Positions 1 to 12,982 of a stretch of DNA of 64,000 nt are shown here, piece by piece; the stretch's first letter is position 1; the number at the start of each line of letters is the position of its first letter. The stretch is from the NCBI GenBank assembly GCA_012799185.1, contig JAAZLS010000078.1, positions 2,849-66,848 of the forward strand. The letters are read 5' to 3'. Source of the DNA: Bacillota bacterium (lineage in GTDB: Bacteria > Bacillota > Dethiobacteria > DTU022). The notes beneath the pieces were generated by a model. The model was not told the DNA's origin, did not search any database, and was given only the letters and a program-made list of their open reading frames with translations. The position numbers and the translations under genes were made by a program.

Positions 1-112
1 CGCCATCGGGCATCTGGATCTCGGCCAGCTCTTCATATTTTACCCCCTCGACCTGCTCGACCAGCATTAAAGGGCCGGCTACCTCTGTGATCGTTTTATA
101 CTCTTTAAGCAT
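1..112 (-). CDS. atpB: V-type ATP synthase subunit B, N-terminal fragment (gene continues beyond window start)
   Basis: Reverse complement of 1..112 starts ATG at 112 and reads [37 protein letters not shown], the typical V1 B-subunit N-terminus. Sits immediately downstream of subunit A with an 8-bp overlap, as expected for A-B order. Confidence 0.6.
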   Translation of the reverse strand, partial: MLKEYKTITEVAGPLMLVEQVEGVKYEELAEIQMPDG

Positions 113-1889
113 CTTCTTCTTCCCCCTCACCGCTTAATGAGGCCACCTGCTCTTTTATTTTTCCATAAAGGGCCTCCAGGCCGGCCAACTGCTCCTCCGG
201 GACATACTTGGCCCGGGCAATCTGCTCCCGAACCGGTAGGGAGAAGAGTCTCTCCAGGTCTAAACCGATATCGTCTTTCTCCACCAGTTTCAGTGCCTCC
301 TGGTAGTAAGATAAAATTAGATCCAACATCAGTAACTGTTTTTCCACCGGGGTATAGGTATCTATCTCATGCATGGCATTCTGATGTAAAAAGTCTTCCC
401 GGATAGACTTGGCGATCTCCAAAATCAACCGCTCCCGGGGCGATAACGCATCTATTCCCACCAGGCGGACAATCTCTTCCAGTTCTGCCTCCTCCTGTAA
501 TATCCGCATCGCCTCCCGGCGTCGTTCGGACCATCTTTCACCGAGAAGCTGCTCAAAATAAGGAGTTACATCTTCCATGTAGAGGGAATAACTTAAAAGC
601 CAGTTGATCGCCGGAAAGTGTCGCCGGTAGGCTAGAGAGGCGTCGAGGCCCCAGAACACCTTTGCTACCCGCAGGGTAGCCTGGGATACCGGTTCCGACA
701 GGTCCCCACCGGGGGGCGAGACCGCACCCACCACCGTCAGTGCCGCCTCCCGAGAGTCGCTGCCCAGGCAGACCGTTCGACCGGCTCGCTCATAGAAATC
801 GGCTAGCCGGGTCCCTAGGTAAGCCGGGTAGCCCTCCTCACCGGGCATCTCCTCCAGGCGCCCGGACATCTCCCGGAGCGCCTCCGCCCAGCGAGAGGTG
901 GAATCGGCCATTAGGGCCACGCTGTAGCCCATATCCCGAAAATATTCAGCGATGGTGATCCCGGTATAGATAGAGGCCTCCCGAGCAGCCACCGGCATAT
1001 TGGAGGTATTCGCGATCAGCACCGTCCGTTTCATCAGGGGTTCACCGGTTTTTGGATCCTCTAGCTCCGGGAACTCCATTAAAACATCGGTCATCTCGTT
1101 ACCCCGCTCGCCACAACCGATATAGACCACGATCTCTGCATCGGCCCACTTGGCCAACTGGTGTTGGGTGACCGTCTTCCCGCTGCCAAAAGGCCCGGGG
1201 ATACAGGCTGTTCCCCCCTTGGCAATCGGGAAAAGGGTATCGATAATACGCTGGCCGGTAATCATCGGGATATGGGGGCCCAATTTTTGTCGGTAGGGCC
1301 GTCCTTGCCGGATCGGCCATCTATGCATCATGGTTAGCTCCACGACCTCCTGCCCCACCTCTACCCGGCAGATAACCTCGGTAATGGTAAATTCACCGCT
1401 CCGGATCTCCAAGATCTTCCCGGAGGCAATGGTCGGGGGAAGCATGATCCGGTGTTCAACCAGGGTCGATTCCTGCACCGTCCCCAGGATATCCCCCGTC
1501 TGAACCTGCTCCCCGACCTTAACCCGGGGTTCAAAAAGCCACTTCCGCTCCCGATCGAGGGAAAATACCTCTACACCCCGGGTAATATAATCTCCCACCT
1601 GTTTATGGATAATGTTGAGGGGGCGCTGAACACCGTCAAATATCCCTTCAATAAGTCCCGGGCCCAGCTCCACGCTTAACGGTGTACCTGTATTATAAAC
1701 CGGCTCCCCCGGCCCCAATCCCCCGGTTTCCTCATAAACCTGGATCGAAGCCTGCTCACCATGCAGTTCAATTATCTCGCCCATCAGCCGGGCCTTGCTT
1801 ACCCGGACCAGGTCATACATCCGGGCGCCGGCCATATTATCCGCTATAACCAGTGGGCCGGAAACTTTGATTATTCTTCCTGCTTCCAA
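105..1889 (-). CDS. atpA: V-type ATP synthase catalytic subunit A
   Basis: 607-aa ORF with Walker A GPFGSGKT and strong overall resemblance to V1-A (NtpA). The likely true start is TTG at 1889, giving [13 protein letters not shown], right after the subunit F stop with an AAGGGTGA Shine-Dalgarno. The listed ORF extends back to 1928. Confidence 0.93.
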   Translation of the reverse strand: MEAGRIIKVSGPLVIADNMAGARMYDLVRVSKARLMGEIIELHGEQASIQVYEETGGLGPGEPVYNTGTPLSVELGPGLIEGIFDGVQRPLNIIHKQVGDYITRGVEVFSLDRERKWLFEPRVKVGEQVQTGDILGTVQESTLVEHRIMLPPTIASGKILEIRSGEFTITEVICRVEVGQEVVELTMMHRWPIRQGRPYRQKLGPHIPMITGQRIIDTLFPIAKGGTACIPGPFGSGKTVTQHQLAKWADAEIVVYIGCGERGNEMTDVLMEFPELEDPKTGEPLMKRTVLIANTSNMPVAAREASIYTGITIAEYFRDMGYSVALMADSTSRWAEALREMSGRLEEMPGEEGYPAYLGTRLADFYERAGRTVCLGSDSREAALTVVGAVSPPGGDLSEPVSQATLRVAKVFWGLDASLAYRRHFPAINWLLSYSLYMEDVTPYFEQLLGERWSERRREAMRILQEEAELEEIVRLVGIDALSPRERLILEIAKSIREDFLHQNAMHEIDTYTPVEKQLLMLDLILSYYQEALKLVEKDDIGLDLERLFSLPVREQIARAKYVPEEQLAGLEALYGKIKEQVASLSGEGEEEDA

Positions 1890-1893
1890 AGTA

Positions 1894-2223
1894 TCACCCT
1901 TCTTTCCTGAAGAGGATATCAGCACCAATTGCTTTCTCCACTTTTTGTTTAATATTCTGCATCCCTATTCCGAGGGCTCCCCGGCTATTAGGAATCAGCA
2001 CTACCGCCGGCAAAAACCGCCGGTTTAACTCCTCTAGAGGATCCTTCAACTCCTCGGCCAGCTCCTCGGTAACAAAGATTACCCCGTAAGATTGACCGGA
2101 AAGTCGCCTTAATACCGCAAGTCCCTCCCCGGCATCAGCCACCGGAAAGGTATCTATGCCCAACGTTTTAAAGCCCAGTATAGAATCCTTGTCGCCGATT
2201 ACGGCGATCTTATAGGTAGACAT
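1894..2223 (-). CDS. atpF: V-type ATP synthase subunit F
   Basis: 109 aa reading [24 protein letters not shown], typical of V-ATPase F. Position between subunits C and A. Confidence 0.8.
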   Translation of the reverse strand: MSTYKIAVIGDKDSILGFKTLGIDTFPVADAGEGLAVLRRLSGQSYGVIFVTEELAEELKDPLEELNRRFLPAVVLIPNSRGALGIGMQNIKQKVEKAIGADILFRKEG

Positions 2224-3217
2224 GGCGTAATCTCTCCCTAATCGCTTCCACCGGCAAACCGTTAATTTTCCCCACCAGGATTAAACGGATATTTTTTATC
2301 TCGATCTGTTTGCCCCACAGGTAACCGATCAGCGGTTCTAACCCGAAGGGAGGGGATTTCCTCTGGCGGAGGTAGCCGGTAATATAATCGTCGGCCAGTT
2401 TCTCCAGGCGGATTGCCGATCCCTCTTCCATCCACCCCCGGATCCCCTCCGCTGCGATCTCCCCATAGGGGCTGTTGGCCAGCCGGTCAATTAACCCCTC
2501 CAGCCCCTCCCCCAGGAGATTTAGAAACAGGGCCTCTTCGAGCAGTCCCCCCGGTAGCAATGCTAACTGTAAAAATTCCTTCGACCGCCCCATTTTTTTT
2601 ACCCGCAAAAAGGTATTGATATTAAGCAGGTCAATCTCCCTTTGAAAGAGCTCTACTAAAAATACAGAACCGCCCTCCCGGGCTACCGCCAGCTTCATTT
2701 CAAAGAGGGCGCGATCCAGGTGAAGCTCGATCAGCTGGGGATCCGGAGATAGGGCAAACTCCATTAAAATATTTTCAGCAGCCCGCCGGATAACCGGGGG
2801 GAGATCCCGGAAATTTTCCTCCTCCACTCCTGATCGTAACCGTTTTAACGGGATCATCCCGGGCGGTAATAGGGGTTCCTCCCCCTGCCGGCCCAGGTAC
2901 TTGCATTTAAATAGAACTTTTAGATTGTGGAAATCCTGGTTGAGAGCCATTAAGGCCACCATCTCCGGCTGGGGGCTCATTTTTTCAAATTCGGCGATGA
3001 CGTAGGCCATCTCCTTACTAAGGATTATTTCAAAATCATGAACTCCGGTAGCCTCGGCAAAATGGTTGCCATAGCTGCTTTCTGCCAGTACCTTCAGCGA
3101 TTCCTCCGCCGTGGCGGCCTCCAGCATCCGATCGAGGCGCCCGTAATCAAAAAGCCTGGTTTCTAAAACTCTTACCCGTCCAACCGCATAGGCATATTTA
3201 TTCTTACTTACAGCCAT
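2210..3217 (-). CDS. atpC: V-type ATP synthase subunit C (V0 d-like)
   Basis: 335-aa helical protein in conserved operon position between E and F. N-terminus MAVSKNKYAYAVGRVRVLETRL resembles NtpC. Confidence 0.8.
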   Translation of the reverse strand: MAVSKNKYAYAVGRVRVLETRLFDYGRLDRMLEAATAEESLKVLAESSYGNHFAEATGVHDFEIILSKEMAYVIAEFEKMSPQPEMVALMALNQDFHNLKVLFKCKYLGRQGEEPLLPPGMIPLKRLRSGVEEENFRDLPPVIRRAAENILMEFALSPDPQLIELHLDRALFEMKLAVAREGGSVFLVELFQREIDLLNINTFLRVKKMGRSKEFLQLALLPGGLLEEALFLNLLGEGLEGLIDRLANSPYGEIAAEGIRGWMEEGSAIRLEKLADDYITGYLRQRKSPPFGLEPLIGYLWGKQIEIKNIRLILVGKINGLPVEAIRERLRHVYL

Positions 3218-3258
3218 CTATTTCCGCTCCCTTTTGCAAAACCGATCGGCGGTTACCC

Positions 3259-3879
3259 TTACCTGTCATCAAATAAGAGGGCGGCCACCGCCGGTTCCAG
3301 CTCCTCCCGGTACATCTCTAATAGGGCACCGAAAGAGCTGTTAATCTCCACGCCCCCGGCCTGGAGAACCACCCCCCCGGCTAGATCCCGGGACTCCTCC
3401 GCCGGTACAAGTTGCCCCTTCCGTCCATCTTCCACCAGGCGGCGGTTGAGCTCCTCCCAAAACCCGGCGGGGATCTCCTTTCTATCCCGCGGTGACATGA
3501 TTACCACCTCGTCACCCTGCTCCGCCGCGGCCAGGATCATTTTACCTAAAAGCTTAAAGTAGCTTTCCCGATCCATGTGGGAAAGATCGTGAAGGGCTTG
3601 CTTAAATGCACCTTCTATCATGTCCTGCTTGGTCTGCAACAGTTTTTTTCGGGTTTCCAGGTCAGAGGCCCCCAAAATACAACGCCTCTGTTCCTCTGCC
3701 TGTAGCTCGGCCCGCCGAAGGGCCTCTTCCCGGCGCTCCATCGCTGTCTTCTCCGCCGCGGCAACTGTCCGAGCCGCATCTTCCCTTGCTTCGGCCAGGA
3801 TCGTTTCCACCTGGGCCCCGGCCCCCTCTAAAATACGTCTTATAATCGGCCCCGCTCCCTGGTTTTTCACCTTCAACAC
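3259..3879 (-). CDS. atpE: V-type ATP synthase subunit E
   Basis: 206 aa with a charged Ala/Glu/Arg-rich coiled-coil N-terminus and a C-terminal globular part. Operon position fits. Confidence 0.75.
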   Translation of the reverse strand: MLKVKNQGAGPIIRRILEGAGAQVETILAEAREDAARTVAAAEKTAMERREEALRRAELQAEEQRRCILGASDLETRKKLLQTKQDMIEGAFKQALHDLSHMDRESYFKLLGKMILAAAEQGDEVVIMSPRDRKEIPAGFWEELNRRLVEDGRKGQLVPAEESRDLAGGVVLQAGGVEINSSFGALLEMYREELEPAVAALLFDDR

Positions 3880-3882
3880 TCC

Positions 3883-6294
<2,412 letters not shown>

Positions 6295-6308
<14 letters not shown>

Positions 6309-6633
6309 GAAGCTCCACAATCCTTTCCTTTATGAAGGCTACCGCTGCCGCCATATTATCTCCTGCTATCTTCCGCAACCTGTTTACCTCCTGTTGCCGG
6401 GCTTCCACCTGAGGCTCGGCCTGCTTACAGGCCTCCTCCTCGGCCGCTTCAAGCATCTCCCGGATCCGGGCCCTGGTCTCTTCCCGGGACCGTTCTGCTA
6501 TCCGGGCCGCTTCAGCCTCCGCCTCCTTGCGGATCTGCCGGGCCTCCAGGGTAGCCTCCCGGATCATGGCAGTGGCTTTTTCTTCCGCCTCCCGGATCGA
6601 TTGCACCAAATGTCGGGTCAAATAGCTCACCAC
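6295..6633 (-). CDS. V-type ATP synthase subunit G/H (small coiled-coil stalk subunit)
   Basis: 112-aa Glu/Ala/Arg-rich coiled-coil protein (EAEEKATAMIREATLEARQIRKEAEAEAARIAE) at the head of the V-ATPase operon. Exact start uncertain. Confidence 0.55.
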
Positions 6634-6764
6634 CTCATCCTAGCCTTCAATCCCTGCGGATCGCTTGACTATTATTTAACTTCAATTCACACCGGGGCCG
6701 GCCTGACTATATTATTCTAACATAAAGCAGATACCATGTTAACTAAACCAGCAAAGCCAAAATG

Positions 6765-6785
6765 CACCCCTACCTGAAAGGGGTG
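6765..6785 (-). terminator. Putative intrinsic terminator overlapping the dCMP deaminase stop
   Basis: Hairpin CACCCCT-acctgaa-AGGGGTG. On the minus strand it is followed by CATTTTGGCTTTG. Separates the glyA/comEB transcript from the V-ATPase operon promoter region. Confidence 0.35.
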
Positions 6786-7222
6786 ATCGCTATCCCCGCC
6801 TCCTCTAACAGTTGCCGGGCCAATGAATCGGGATAGTCCGCCGCTACTACCAACCGGCAGATTCCAGCGTTAATCAACATTTTAGCACATAGGCTACAGG
6901 GAAAATGGGTGCAGTAGAGGGTGGCCCCCTTAATCGAGACGCCATAGATAGCAGCCTGGATGATAGCATTCTGCTCCGCATGGAGACCCCGACAAAGCTC
7001 ATGCCTCTCCCCCGAGGGAACCTGCAACTTTTCCCGCAGGCATCCCAGTTCCCGGCAATGGGCAAGCCCGGTGGGGCTCCCGTTATAACCGGTGGTAAGC
7101 AGGCGACGATCCTTTACCATTACCGCCCCCACCTGGCGACGGAGGCAGGTGGAACGGGAGGCCACCACCTGCGCAATCTCTATAAAATAAGAGTCCCACG
7201 ATGGTCTGCCCATCCCCGACAC
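6770..7222 (-). CDS. comEB: dCMP deaminase (ComEB-type cytidine/deoxycytidylate deaminase)
   Basis: Zinc-binding CDA motifs HAEQNAI and [14 protein letters not shown]. 150 aa. Confidence 0.85.
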   Translation of the reverse strand: MSGMGRPSWDSYFIEIAQVVASRSTCLRRQVGAVMVKDRRLLTTGYNGSPTGLAHCRELGCLREKLQVPSGERHELCRGLHAEQNAIIQAAIYGVSIKGATLYCTHFPCSLCAKMLINAGICRLVVAADYPDSLARQLLEEAGIAITPFR

Positions 7223-7252
7223 CCCCCTTTCCCATTTATAGCATGACGACCG

Positions 7253-8545
7253 CTAGCAGCCCCGCAAGGGGTAGCGCCGGCAAAGATTGGCAACTTGCTC
7301 CTTGATACGGCTTAAACGCCCCGGGTTGTCCCGGTAACGGAGGGCCTCCTGGATTAGCATGGCGATCTCATGGACCTGGTCCGCCCCCATGCCCCGGGAG
7401 GTAATCGCCGGGGTACCTAGCCTTAGGCCACTAGTTATTTTCGGGCTCTCGGGATCAAAGGGGATGGCATTTTTGTTGGCCGTAATATTAACCCGGCCCA
7501 ACACTTGCTCCGCCTCCATCCCGGTTATCCCCCGGGAGCGAAGATCAATGAGCACCAGATGATTATCGGTACCGCCGGCTACCAGCCGGAAACCGTAATC
7601 TTGCAGGGCCCCGGCCAAAACCGCCGCGTTTTCTTTCACCCGTTCTTGATAAAGCTTAAAGGTAGGCTGCAATGCTTCCTTTAGAGCTACCGCCTTGGCG
7701 GCAATGACATGCATTAACGGCCCCCCCTGCAACCCGGGGAAAACCGCCTTATCGATCCGGCGGGCATATTTTGAACGGCAGAGAATCATCCCTCCCCGCG
7801 GCCCCCGCAGGGTCTTATGGGTAGTGGTAGTCACAAAATCGGCACAGGGAACCGGGCTGGGGTGGAGACCGGCCGCTACCAGCCCGGCGATATGAGCTAT
7901 ATCAACCATTAAGTGGGCACCACATTCCCGGGCAATATCGCCAAAGGCAGCAAAATCAATCCGGCGGGGATAGGCGCTGGCGCCGGCAACAATCATCTTC
8001 GGACGAATAGCGAGAGCCTGCCGGCGGACCTCTTCTAAATCGATTCGCTCAGTCTGCCGGTCGACACCATAACTAAAAGCCTTGTAATAAGTTCCCGAAA
8101 GATTAACACGGCTGCCGTGGGTAAGATGCCCCCCATGGGCCAAATCCATCCCTAAAATCCGGTCGCCGGGCTTAAGCATGGCAAAATATACGGCCAGATT
8201 GGCCGGCGCCCCGGCGTGGGGCTGCACATTGACATGTTCCGCCCCAAACAGTTTCTTCGCCCGGGAACAGGCCAGCTCCTCGGCCCGATCCACCTGGAGA
8301 CAACCCCCGTAGTAACGGGCCCCCGGATACCCCTCCGCGTACTTGTTGGTTAAGACCGAACCTTGGGCCTCCAGCACTGCCTTACTGGCAATGTTTTCGG
8401 AGGCAATCATCTCCAGGTGATTCCGCTGGCGATCCAGTTCCGCCTCAATTATTTCCGCTATTTCGGGGTCACTCTGCCGAAGACAATCTGCCCCGACCTG
8501 ATCAGCAACCAGCTTTTGATTCAATGCTTTAACCTCCTCTTTCAC
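7253..8545 (-). CDS. glyA: Serine hydroxymethyltransferase
   Basis: Strong SHMT signature ([58 protein letters not shown]). True start may lie a few codons inside the listed ORF. Confidence 0.95.
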   Translation of the reverse strand: MKEEVKALNQKLVADQVGADCLRQSDPEIAEIIEAELDRQRNHLEMIASENIASKAVLEAQGSVLTNKYAEGYPGARYYGGCLQVDRAEELACSRAKKLFGAEHVNVQPHAGAPANLAVYFAMLKPGDRILGMDLAHGGHLTHGSRVNLSGTYYKAFSYGVDRQTERIDLEEVRRQALAIRPKMIVAGASAYPRRIDFAAFGDIARECGAHLMVDIAHIAGLVAAGLHPSPVPCADFVTTTTHKTLRGPRGGMILCRSKYARRIDKAVFPGLQGGPLMHVIAAKAVALKEALQPTFKLYQERVKENAAVLAGALQDYGFRLVAGGTDNHLVLIDLRSRGITGMEAEQVLGRVNITANKNAIPFDPESPKITSGLRLGTPAITSRGMGADQVHEIAMLIQEALRYRDNPGRLSRIKEQVANLCRRYPLRGC

Positions 8546-8609
8546 AACCAGCAGAGAGATTATCCTGCTGAAGGCCCGGTAATGACCGGGACGGTACTAC
8601 AGGCAGGCT

Positions 8610-9053
8610 CTAACTGGGGTCGGATAACAATTTGATCTTATCGAGTCGCCGCTGGTGCCTTCCCCCCAGGAAAGGGGTACGTAGAAACACCTCTACTATT
8701 TCCAGTGCCAGGCCAGGACCGACTACCCGGGAGCCAAGGGTTAAAATGTTAGCATTATTATGTTCCCGTGAACAGCGAGCAGTATAGGGATCGCCACAGA
8801 GGGCGGCCCTGATCTCCTGAAAACGGTTGGCAACCATTGATACGCCAATCCCGGTGCCACAGATTAAAATCCCAAATTCAAACTCCCCGGAGGCCACTCC
8901 TCGGATTACCGGAAAAGAGATATCCGGATAGTCGGCCGCTCTTTCGCAAAAAGTACCAAAATCAGAATAGGCAATACCTTTGTCTTTAAAATAATCAATA
9001 AGGACCTGTTTTAATGCCAGGCCGGCATGATCGCTGCCCAGGGCTACCCTCAT
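8610..9053 (-). CDS. rpiB: Ribose-5-phosphate isomerase B
   Basis: MRVALGSDHAGLALKQVLIDYFKDKG, an RpiB/LacAB family N-terminus. 147 aa. Confidence 0.9.
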   Translation of the reverse strand: MRVALGSDHAGLALKQVLIDYFKDKGIAYSDFGTFCERAADYPDISFPVIRGVASGEFEFGILICGTGIGVSMVANRFQEIRAALCGDPYTARCSREHNNANILTLGSRVVGPGLALEIVEVFLRTPFLGGRHQRRLDKIKLLSDPS

Positions 9054-9541
9054 TGGTCGGACTCCTCCTCACCAAAATTTAGTGTCTCCTTCCCAGCCAA
9101 TTTGTCAATTACTTTCTCTACCGCTTCCCGTATTTCCTCCAACGTTCGTCTATATATTTCCCGCGAGCCCCCAAAAGGATCTTTTATCCCCGGGGCATCG
9201 CCCCCGATACCGGCAAACTCTTTTAATAAAAACAGTTTTCCGGCGGCCGCCGGATATCGCTCCCCGATCAACCGGCGATGATGTTCCTCCATGGCTAAAA
9301 TAAGGCGGGCCTCCCGAACCAAGGAGGCGGTTAACCGGCGGGGGATATGTTCATCCATGGATAACCCCTCCCGGGATAGTAACTCCCGGGCATAGGGCGA
9401 AGCCTCCTCCTCTACCGGGGCCAGACCGGCGGAGGAGATCTTTATCCTGGGGTCGCCGCCGCTCCGTTCCCATAACAGCCGCGCCAACCCCTCGGCCATC
9501 ACGCTACGGCAGGTATTACCTGTACAGACAAACAAAATCAA
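9050..9541 (-). CDS. ywlE: Low-molecular-weight protein phosphatase (YwlE-like protein arginine/tyrosine phosphatase)
   Basis: P-loop CTGNTCRS at the N-terminus, 163 aa. Sits in the conserved sua5-ywlE-rpiB-glyA arrangement known from B. subtilis. Confidence 0.8.
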   Translation of the reverse strand: MILFVCTGNTCRSVMAEGLARLLWERSGGDPRIKISSAGLAPVEEEASPYARELLSREGLSMDEHIPRRLTASLVREARLILAMEEHHRRLIGERYPAAAGKLFLLKEFAGIGGDAPGIKDPFGGSREIYRRTLEEIREAVEKVIDKLAGKETLNFGEEESDQ

Positions 9542-9553
9542 GCACGCTACCCC

Positions 9554-10471
9554 CTAAACCCGGATGACCCGGGTCGCTAGATTCTGTAACCGGTTCATAA
9601 CCCCCGCCCCCAACCCCCTAGGGGAAATCTCTTCCGCCAAGATTACCCTAACCCCCCGTAACTCACAGCGGCGCAGCCGGCCATAAAGAAGGGGAGCCAA
9701 TCCTATCTTGCCCGACGTAGCACCCTTTGCCCCGGCCGGATTTAACCAGGCTACCGTCATTCCGCGGCCCCGGTAATAGCGAATCAGGGACCAAATTAAT
9801 CTTCGGCGCCGCTCCGGAACCCCCCTTATTAATAACAGCCCACTCCGGGGAAGACAGGGGCGGGGCTTTGTAACCCGGGGGGGCGGGCCCGCCCCCCTGA
9901 ACCGGCCGACGGAGCTTACTGTTATCCCCAGTTCCCGCTCCAGCTCCTCCCGGGAGACCCCTCCCGGCCGGAGGATAACCGGACTACTGCCGCTGGTTAA
10001 ATCAAGCACCGTCGATTCAATTCCCAGGCGGCAGGGGCCCCCGTCAATTACCGCCTCTATTTTCCCGACCAGGTCCGCCAGGACATGGCCGGGGGTGGTG
10101 GGGCTGGGTCGTCCGGAGAGGTTGGCACTGGGAGCTACCAGGGGTACCCCGACGGCACGGATCAGAGCCAGGGCCAGGGGGTGGGCGGGCATCCTTACCG
10201 CTACTGTGGGAAGCCCGGCACTGATCTCCGACAGGAGGGCCGCAGCCCGAGGCAGGACCAGCGTTAAGGGACCCGGCCAGAACCGAGTCATCAGCCGGGC
10301 AGCCACCGGCGGAACAGATGATACCACCTGCTCGAGCTGCTCCCGGTGAGAGATATGAACAATTAAAGGGTTGCCCAAGGGGCGCCCCTTGACGCTAAAG
10401 ATCCGCCTAACCGCTCCCCTACGGTTAATTGCCGCCCCTAACCCGTAAACCGTCTCCGTGGGGAAGGCCAC
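9554..10471 (-). CDS. tsaC: L-threonylcarbamoyladenylate synthase (Sua5/YwlC type, YrdC domain plus Sua5 C-terminal domain)
   Basis: VAFPTETVYGLGA motif, KGRPLGNPLIVHIS, 305 aa with a Sua5 C-terminal domain. The listed ORF begins with GTG directly at the AFPTE motif. The conserved N-terminal helix is encoded in-frame upstream without a canonical start codon (see findings). Confidence 0.85.
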   Translation of the reverse strand: MAFPTETVYGLGAAINRRGAVRRIFSVKGRPLGNPLIVHISHREQLEQVVSSVPPVAARLMTRFWPGPLTLVLPRAAALLSEISAGLPTVAVRMPAHPLALALIRAVGVPLVAPSANLSGRPSPTTPGHVLADLVGKIEAVIDGGPCRLGIESTVLDLTSGSSPVILRPGGVSREELERELGITVSSVGRFRGAGPPPRVTKPRPCLPRSGLLLIRGVPERRRRLIWSLIRYYRGRGMTVAWLNPAGAKGATSGKIGLAPLLYGRLRRCELRGVRVILAEEISPRGLGAGVMNRLQNLATRVIRV

Positions 10472-10621
10472 CAGCCCTCCCCTTAATAAAATTTGGGCCG
10501 CCTCATCGACCGCTGCCCGCCCCCCCCTTAACAGGCGGGTCCCGGCTCCTCTCCCGTCGAAAGGATTTTTAACGGTTTTTTGTTGCCTAGGATCAAAAAA
10601 AATAACTGTATACCTCCAATA

Positions 10622-12292
10622 TTAGGGCCTAAAGCTAACATCCTCGACCACGCCCTCGGCCAGGTTGTTTGCATGGTCGGCTATCCGTTCCAGATTGCTT
10701 AATACATCCAGGTAGATTACCCCGGAGGAGGGGTGGCAACTTTTCTGATTGATCCGCTGGATATGTCGCTGCCGGAGCTCCTTCTCCATTTCATCTATCT
10801 CATCATCATCATCAATTACCTCCAGGGCCAGTGTAAAATCTTCCGATTCAAAGGCCCTAATCGCTTTATTTATAACCGCATCAACCTTGCTATAGAGAAG
10901 TTTTAGCTCCTCCAGGGCCGCCTCTGTAAACGGCAGGCGCTCCTCATACTTTGCTATTGCCAGCTGCAGGATATTCTGCGAGTGATCACCGATCCGTTCC
11001 AGGTCGTTGGCCGCCGACATATATCCGGCTATGCTGTTCGATTGGCGAGGGGTTAAGGAATGCTGGGAGACCTCGGCCAGGTAAACATTGATCTCTTTTT
11101 CCAGGCCATCCAACAGCTCCTCCATTTGATCGATATGCTGAACTTCCCTCAGATCACTATGTAAGAAAGAATGGATTGTCTTACCCAGCATCTCCTGGGC
11201 CAGGGAGGCCATGCGAAGCAGCTCCATCTTGACCCCGCCGATAGCCATGGGTGGGGTTTTTAAGATGCGCTGGTCTAGGTACTTAGGCTTTAATCCAACC
11301 AGGCCCTCCGGGCCGGGGACAATACGGTTTACCAGCCGGAGGAAAACATTAAAAAATAACAGGACGAATGCGGTGTTCGCCAGGTTAAAAATCGTATGAG
11401 CGTTGGCTACCTGGCGGGGGATCGTATGGGCAGTACCTAATACCAGGTCGGTGAAGGGATTAATAAAAATAAGGGCCAGGGCCACCCCGATCACATTAAA
11501 TAATATATGGGCCACCGCCGCCCGGCGGGCGATAATATTGGTCCCGACACTGGCCAACATTGCGGTAATACAGGTCCCGATGTTAGAACCTAAAATAAGG
11601 GGTATCGCAGAGGCTAGTGGAATTAAACCCTGGGTTGAAAGGGCGATAATGACCCCGGCGGTTGCACCGCTGCCCTGGATAACCGCAGTAAAAAGGGCGC
11701 CGGCCAGCACACCCAGTAGGGGGTTGGCACTAAATGTAAGCAAAAAATGATGAAAGGCCGGGAGCTCTTTTAAAGGGATAACGCCGTTAGACATGGTCAT
11801 AATCCCCAGAAACAAGAAGCCAAACCCCAATATGGCCTGTCCCAGGTAACGATAAAGCCGGCGGCGTCCAAAAAAGTTCAGAAACGAACCGATGCCGATA
11901 GCAGGGTAAGCCAGGGCATAGATATTAAAGGATACTATCTGGGCGGTAACGGTAGTACCGATATTGGCACCGATAATCACACTAACTGCCTGGGCAAGAT
12001 TGATCAACCCAGCGTTGGCAAACCCTACTACCATGACGGTGGTGCTGCTGCTGCTCTGGATAAGCACGGTAACAAAAATACCGGTAAGAACACCCATTAT
12101 AGGCCGGTGGGTTAATATCTCCAGGAAACGCCGCAACCGATCCCCGGCCGCCTTCTGCATACCGGAGGCCATCATTTGGATGCCAAATAAAAAAAGGCCT
12201 ACCCCACCGATTAAACTAATAGCAATTTTTATAAACACCCCAACCCTCCCCCCAGACAGTACTAGGAACCCGACTTCAAAAACCTTAACCAT
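10622..12292 (-). CDS. Na/Pi-cotransporter family protein with C-terminal PhoU-like domain
   Basis: N-terminal duplicated Na_Pi_cotrans hydrophobic repeats (GANIGTTVTAQIVS... / GSNIGTCITAMLAS...). C-terminal soluble helical PhoU-like domain with repeated ...ERIGDH.../...ERIADH... motifs. Confidence 0.8.
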   Translation of the reverse strand: MVKVFEVGFLVLSGGRVGVFIKIAISLIGGVGLFLFGIQMMASGMQKAAGDRLRRFLEILTHRPIMGVLTGIFVTVLIQSSSSTTVMVVGFANAGLINLAQAVSVIIGANIGTTVTAQIVSFNIYALAYPAIGIGSFLNFFGRRRLYRYLGQAILGFGFLFLGIMTMSNGVIPLKELPAFHHFLLTFSANPLLGVLAGALFTAVIQGSGATAGVIIALSTQGLIPLASAIPLILGSNIGTCITAMLASVGTNIIARRAAVAHILFNVIGVALALIFINPFTDLVLGTAHTIPRQVANAHTIFNLANTAFVLLFFNVFLRLVNRIVPGPEGLVGLKPKYLDQRILKTPPMAIGGVKMELLRMASLAQEMLGKTIHSFLHSDLREVQHIDQMEELLDGLEKEINVYLAEVSQHSLTPRQSNSIAGYMSAANDLERIGDHSQNILQLAIAKYEERLPFTEAALEELKLLYSKVDAVINKAIRAFESEDFTLALEVIDDDDEIDEMEKELRQRHIQRINQKSCHPSSGVIYLDVLSNLERIADHANNLAEGVVEDVSFRP

Positions 12293-12336
12293 TATATCTA
12301 ATCGGGGGGCTATTTACAATTACCGGGACCGGAGTT

Positions 12337-12981
12337 TCAATAGAGCCACTTTTCTAACCATTCCCAAAGGAACCATCGCCGGCGAGGCGGCTCCTGGACG
12401 ATCGACCCTTCTTCTGGGCCCAGGGTCTCCGCCGTAAAATCCGGTTCATCCTCCTCCCCGGTTTCAACAACAGGCAGGCAGAGGGAGGGAAATAAGAGGC
12501 ACCACCAGTTCTCACCCTGGCCCGCCCCCAGGACCACTTTTAGGGCAAGATATTGTCCGGGGGGAAAAAGCCGGGTACCGTAAGCTCGCAGGGGGAAGTC
12601 ACTCCGGGTAAGACCCAGTGTAACCGCCTGCCCGGGGGCAGATTCCTGCAAGTGCAACCTAATCTCTTCCTCCAGGCAGGGGAGTACCTGCCGAAGATGG
12701 TTCCGGCAGTCCCCCATCGTCTGAAAAGCGTAAGGACTACCTAGTCGACGCCGGACTAGGGCCACCACCTCCTCCTTAAGCAGCTGGTCGGCGGTGGCAT
12801 CGCTGGAGGCGATCACATGTAGGCGGAGCACCGGTTCCCGGAGAGAATATAACTGCCAAGATAACCGGGCCGGGGCCGCCGGGTTATTCAGACTCCCCGT
12901 TACCAGGACCGCTCCCGCCACAAGCATAAGGAAGAAAGCCAGGCCGTAGAGAATAAACCGGTTCCGTTTCAGTGCGGACAT
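12337..12981 (-). CDS. spoIIR: Stage II sporulation protein R
   Basis: N-terminal signal/TM segment. The conserved LRLHVIASSD block matches the SpoIIR family signature (RLHV[IL]ANSD). 214 aa. Synteny near prfA/prmC as in B. subtilis. Confidence 0.75.
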   Translation of the reverse strand: MSALKRNRFILYGLAFFLMLVAGAVLVTGSLNNPAAPARLSWQLYSLREPVLRLHVIASSDATADQLLKEEVVALVRRRLGSPYAFQTMGDCRNHLRQVLPCLEEEIRLHLQESAPGQAVTLGLTRSDFPLRAYGTRLFPPGQYLALKVVLGAGQGENWWCLLFPSLCLPVVETGEEDEPDFTAETLGPEEGSIVQEPPRRRWFLWEWLEKWLY

Positions 12982-12982
12982 C

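Noticed and set aside
137-958. Plus-strand ORFs (137..406, 740..958) inside the V-ATPase A gene
   Set aside because: They lie antisense to a strongly supported CDS. The products are Pro/Arg/Gly-rich low-complexity peptides typical of GC-rich antisense frames, and they have no RBS.
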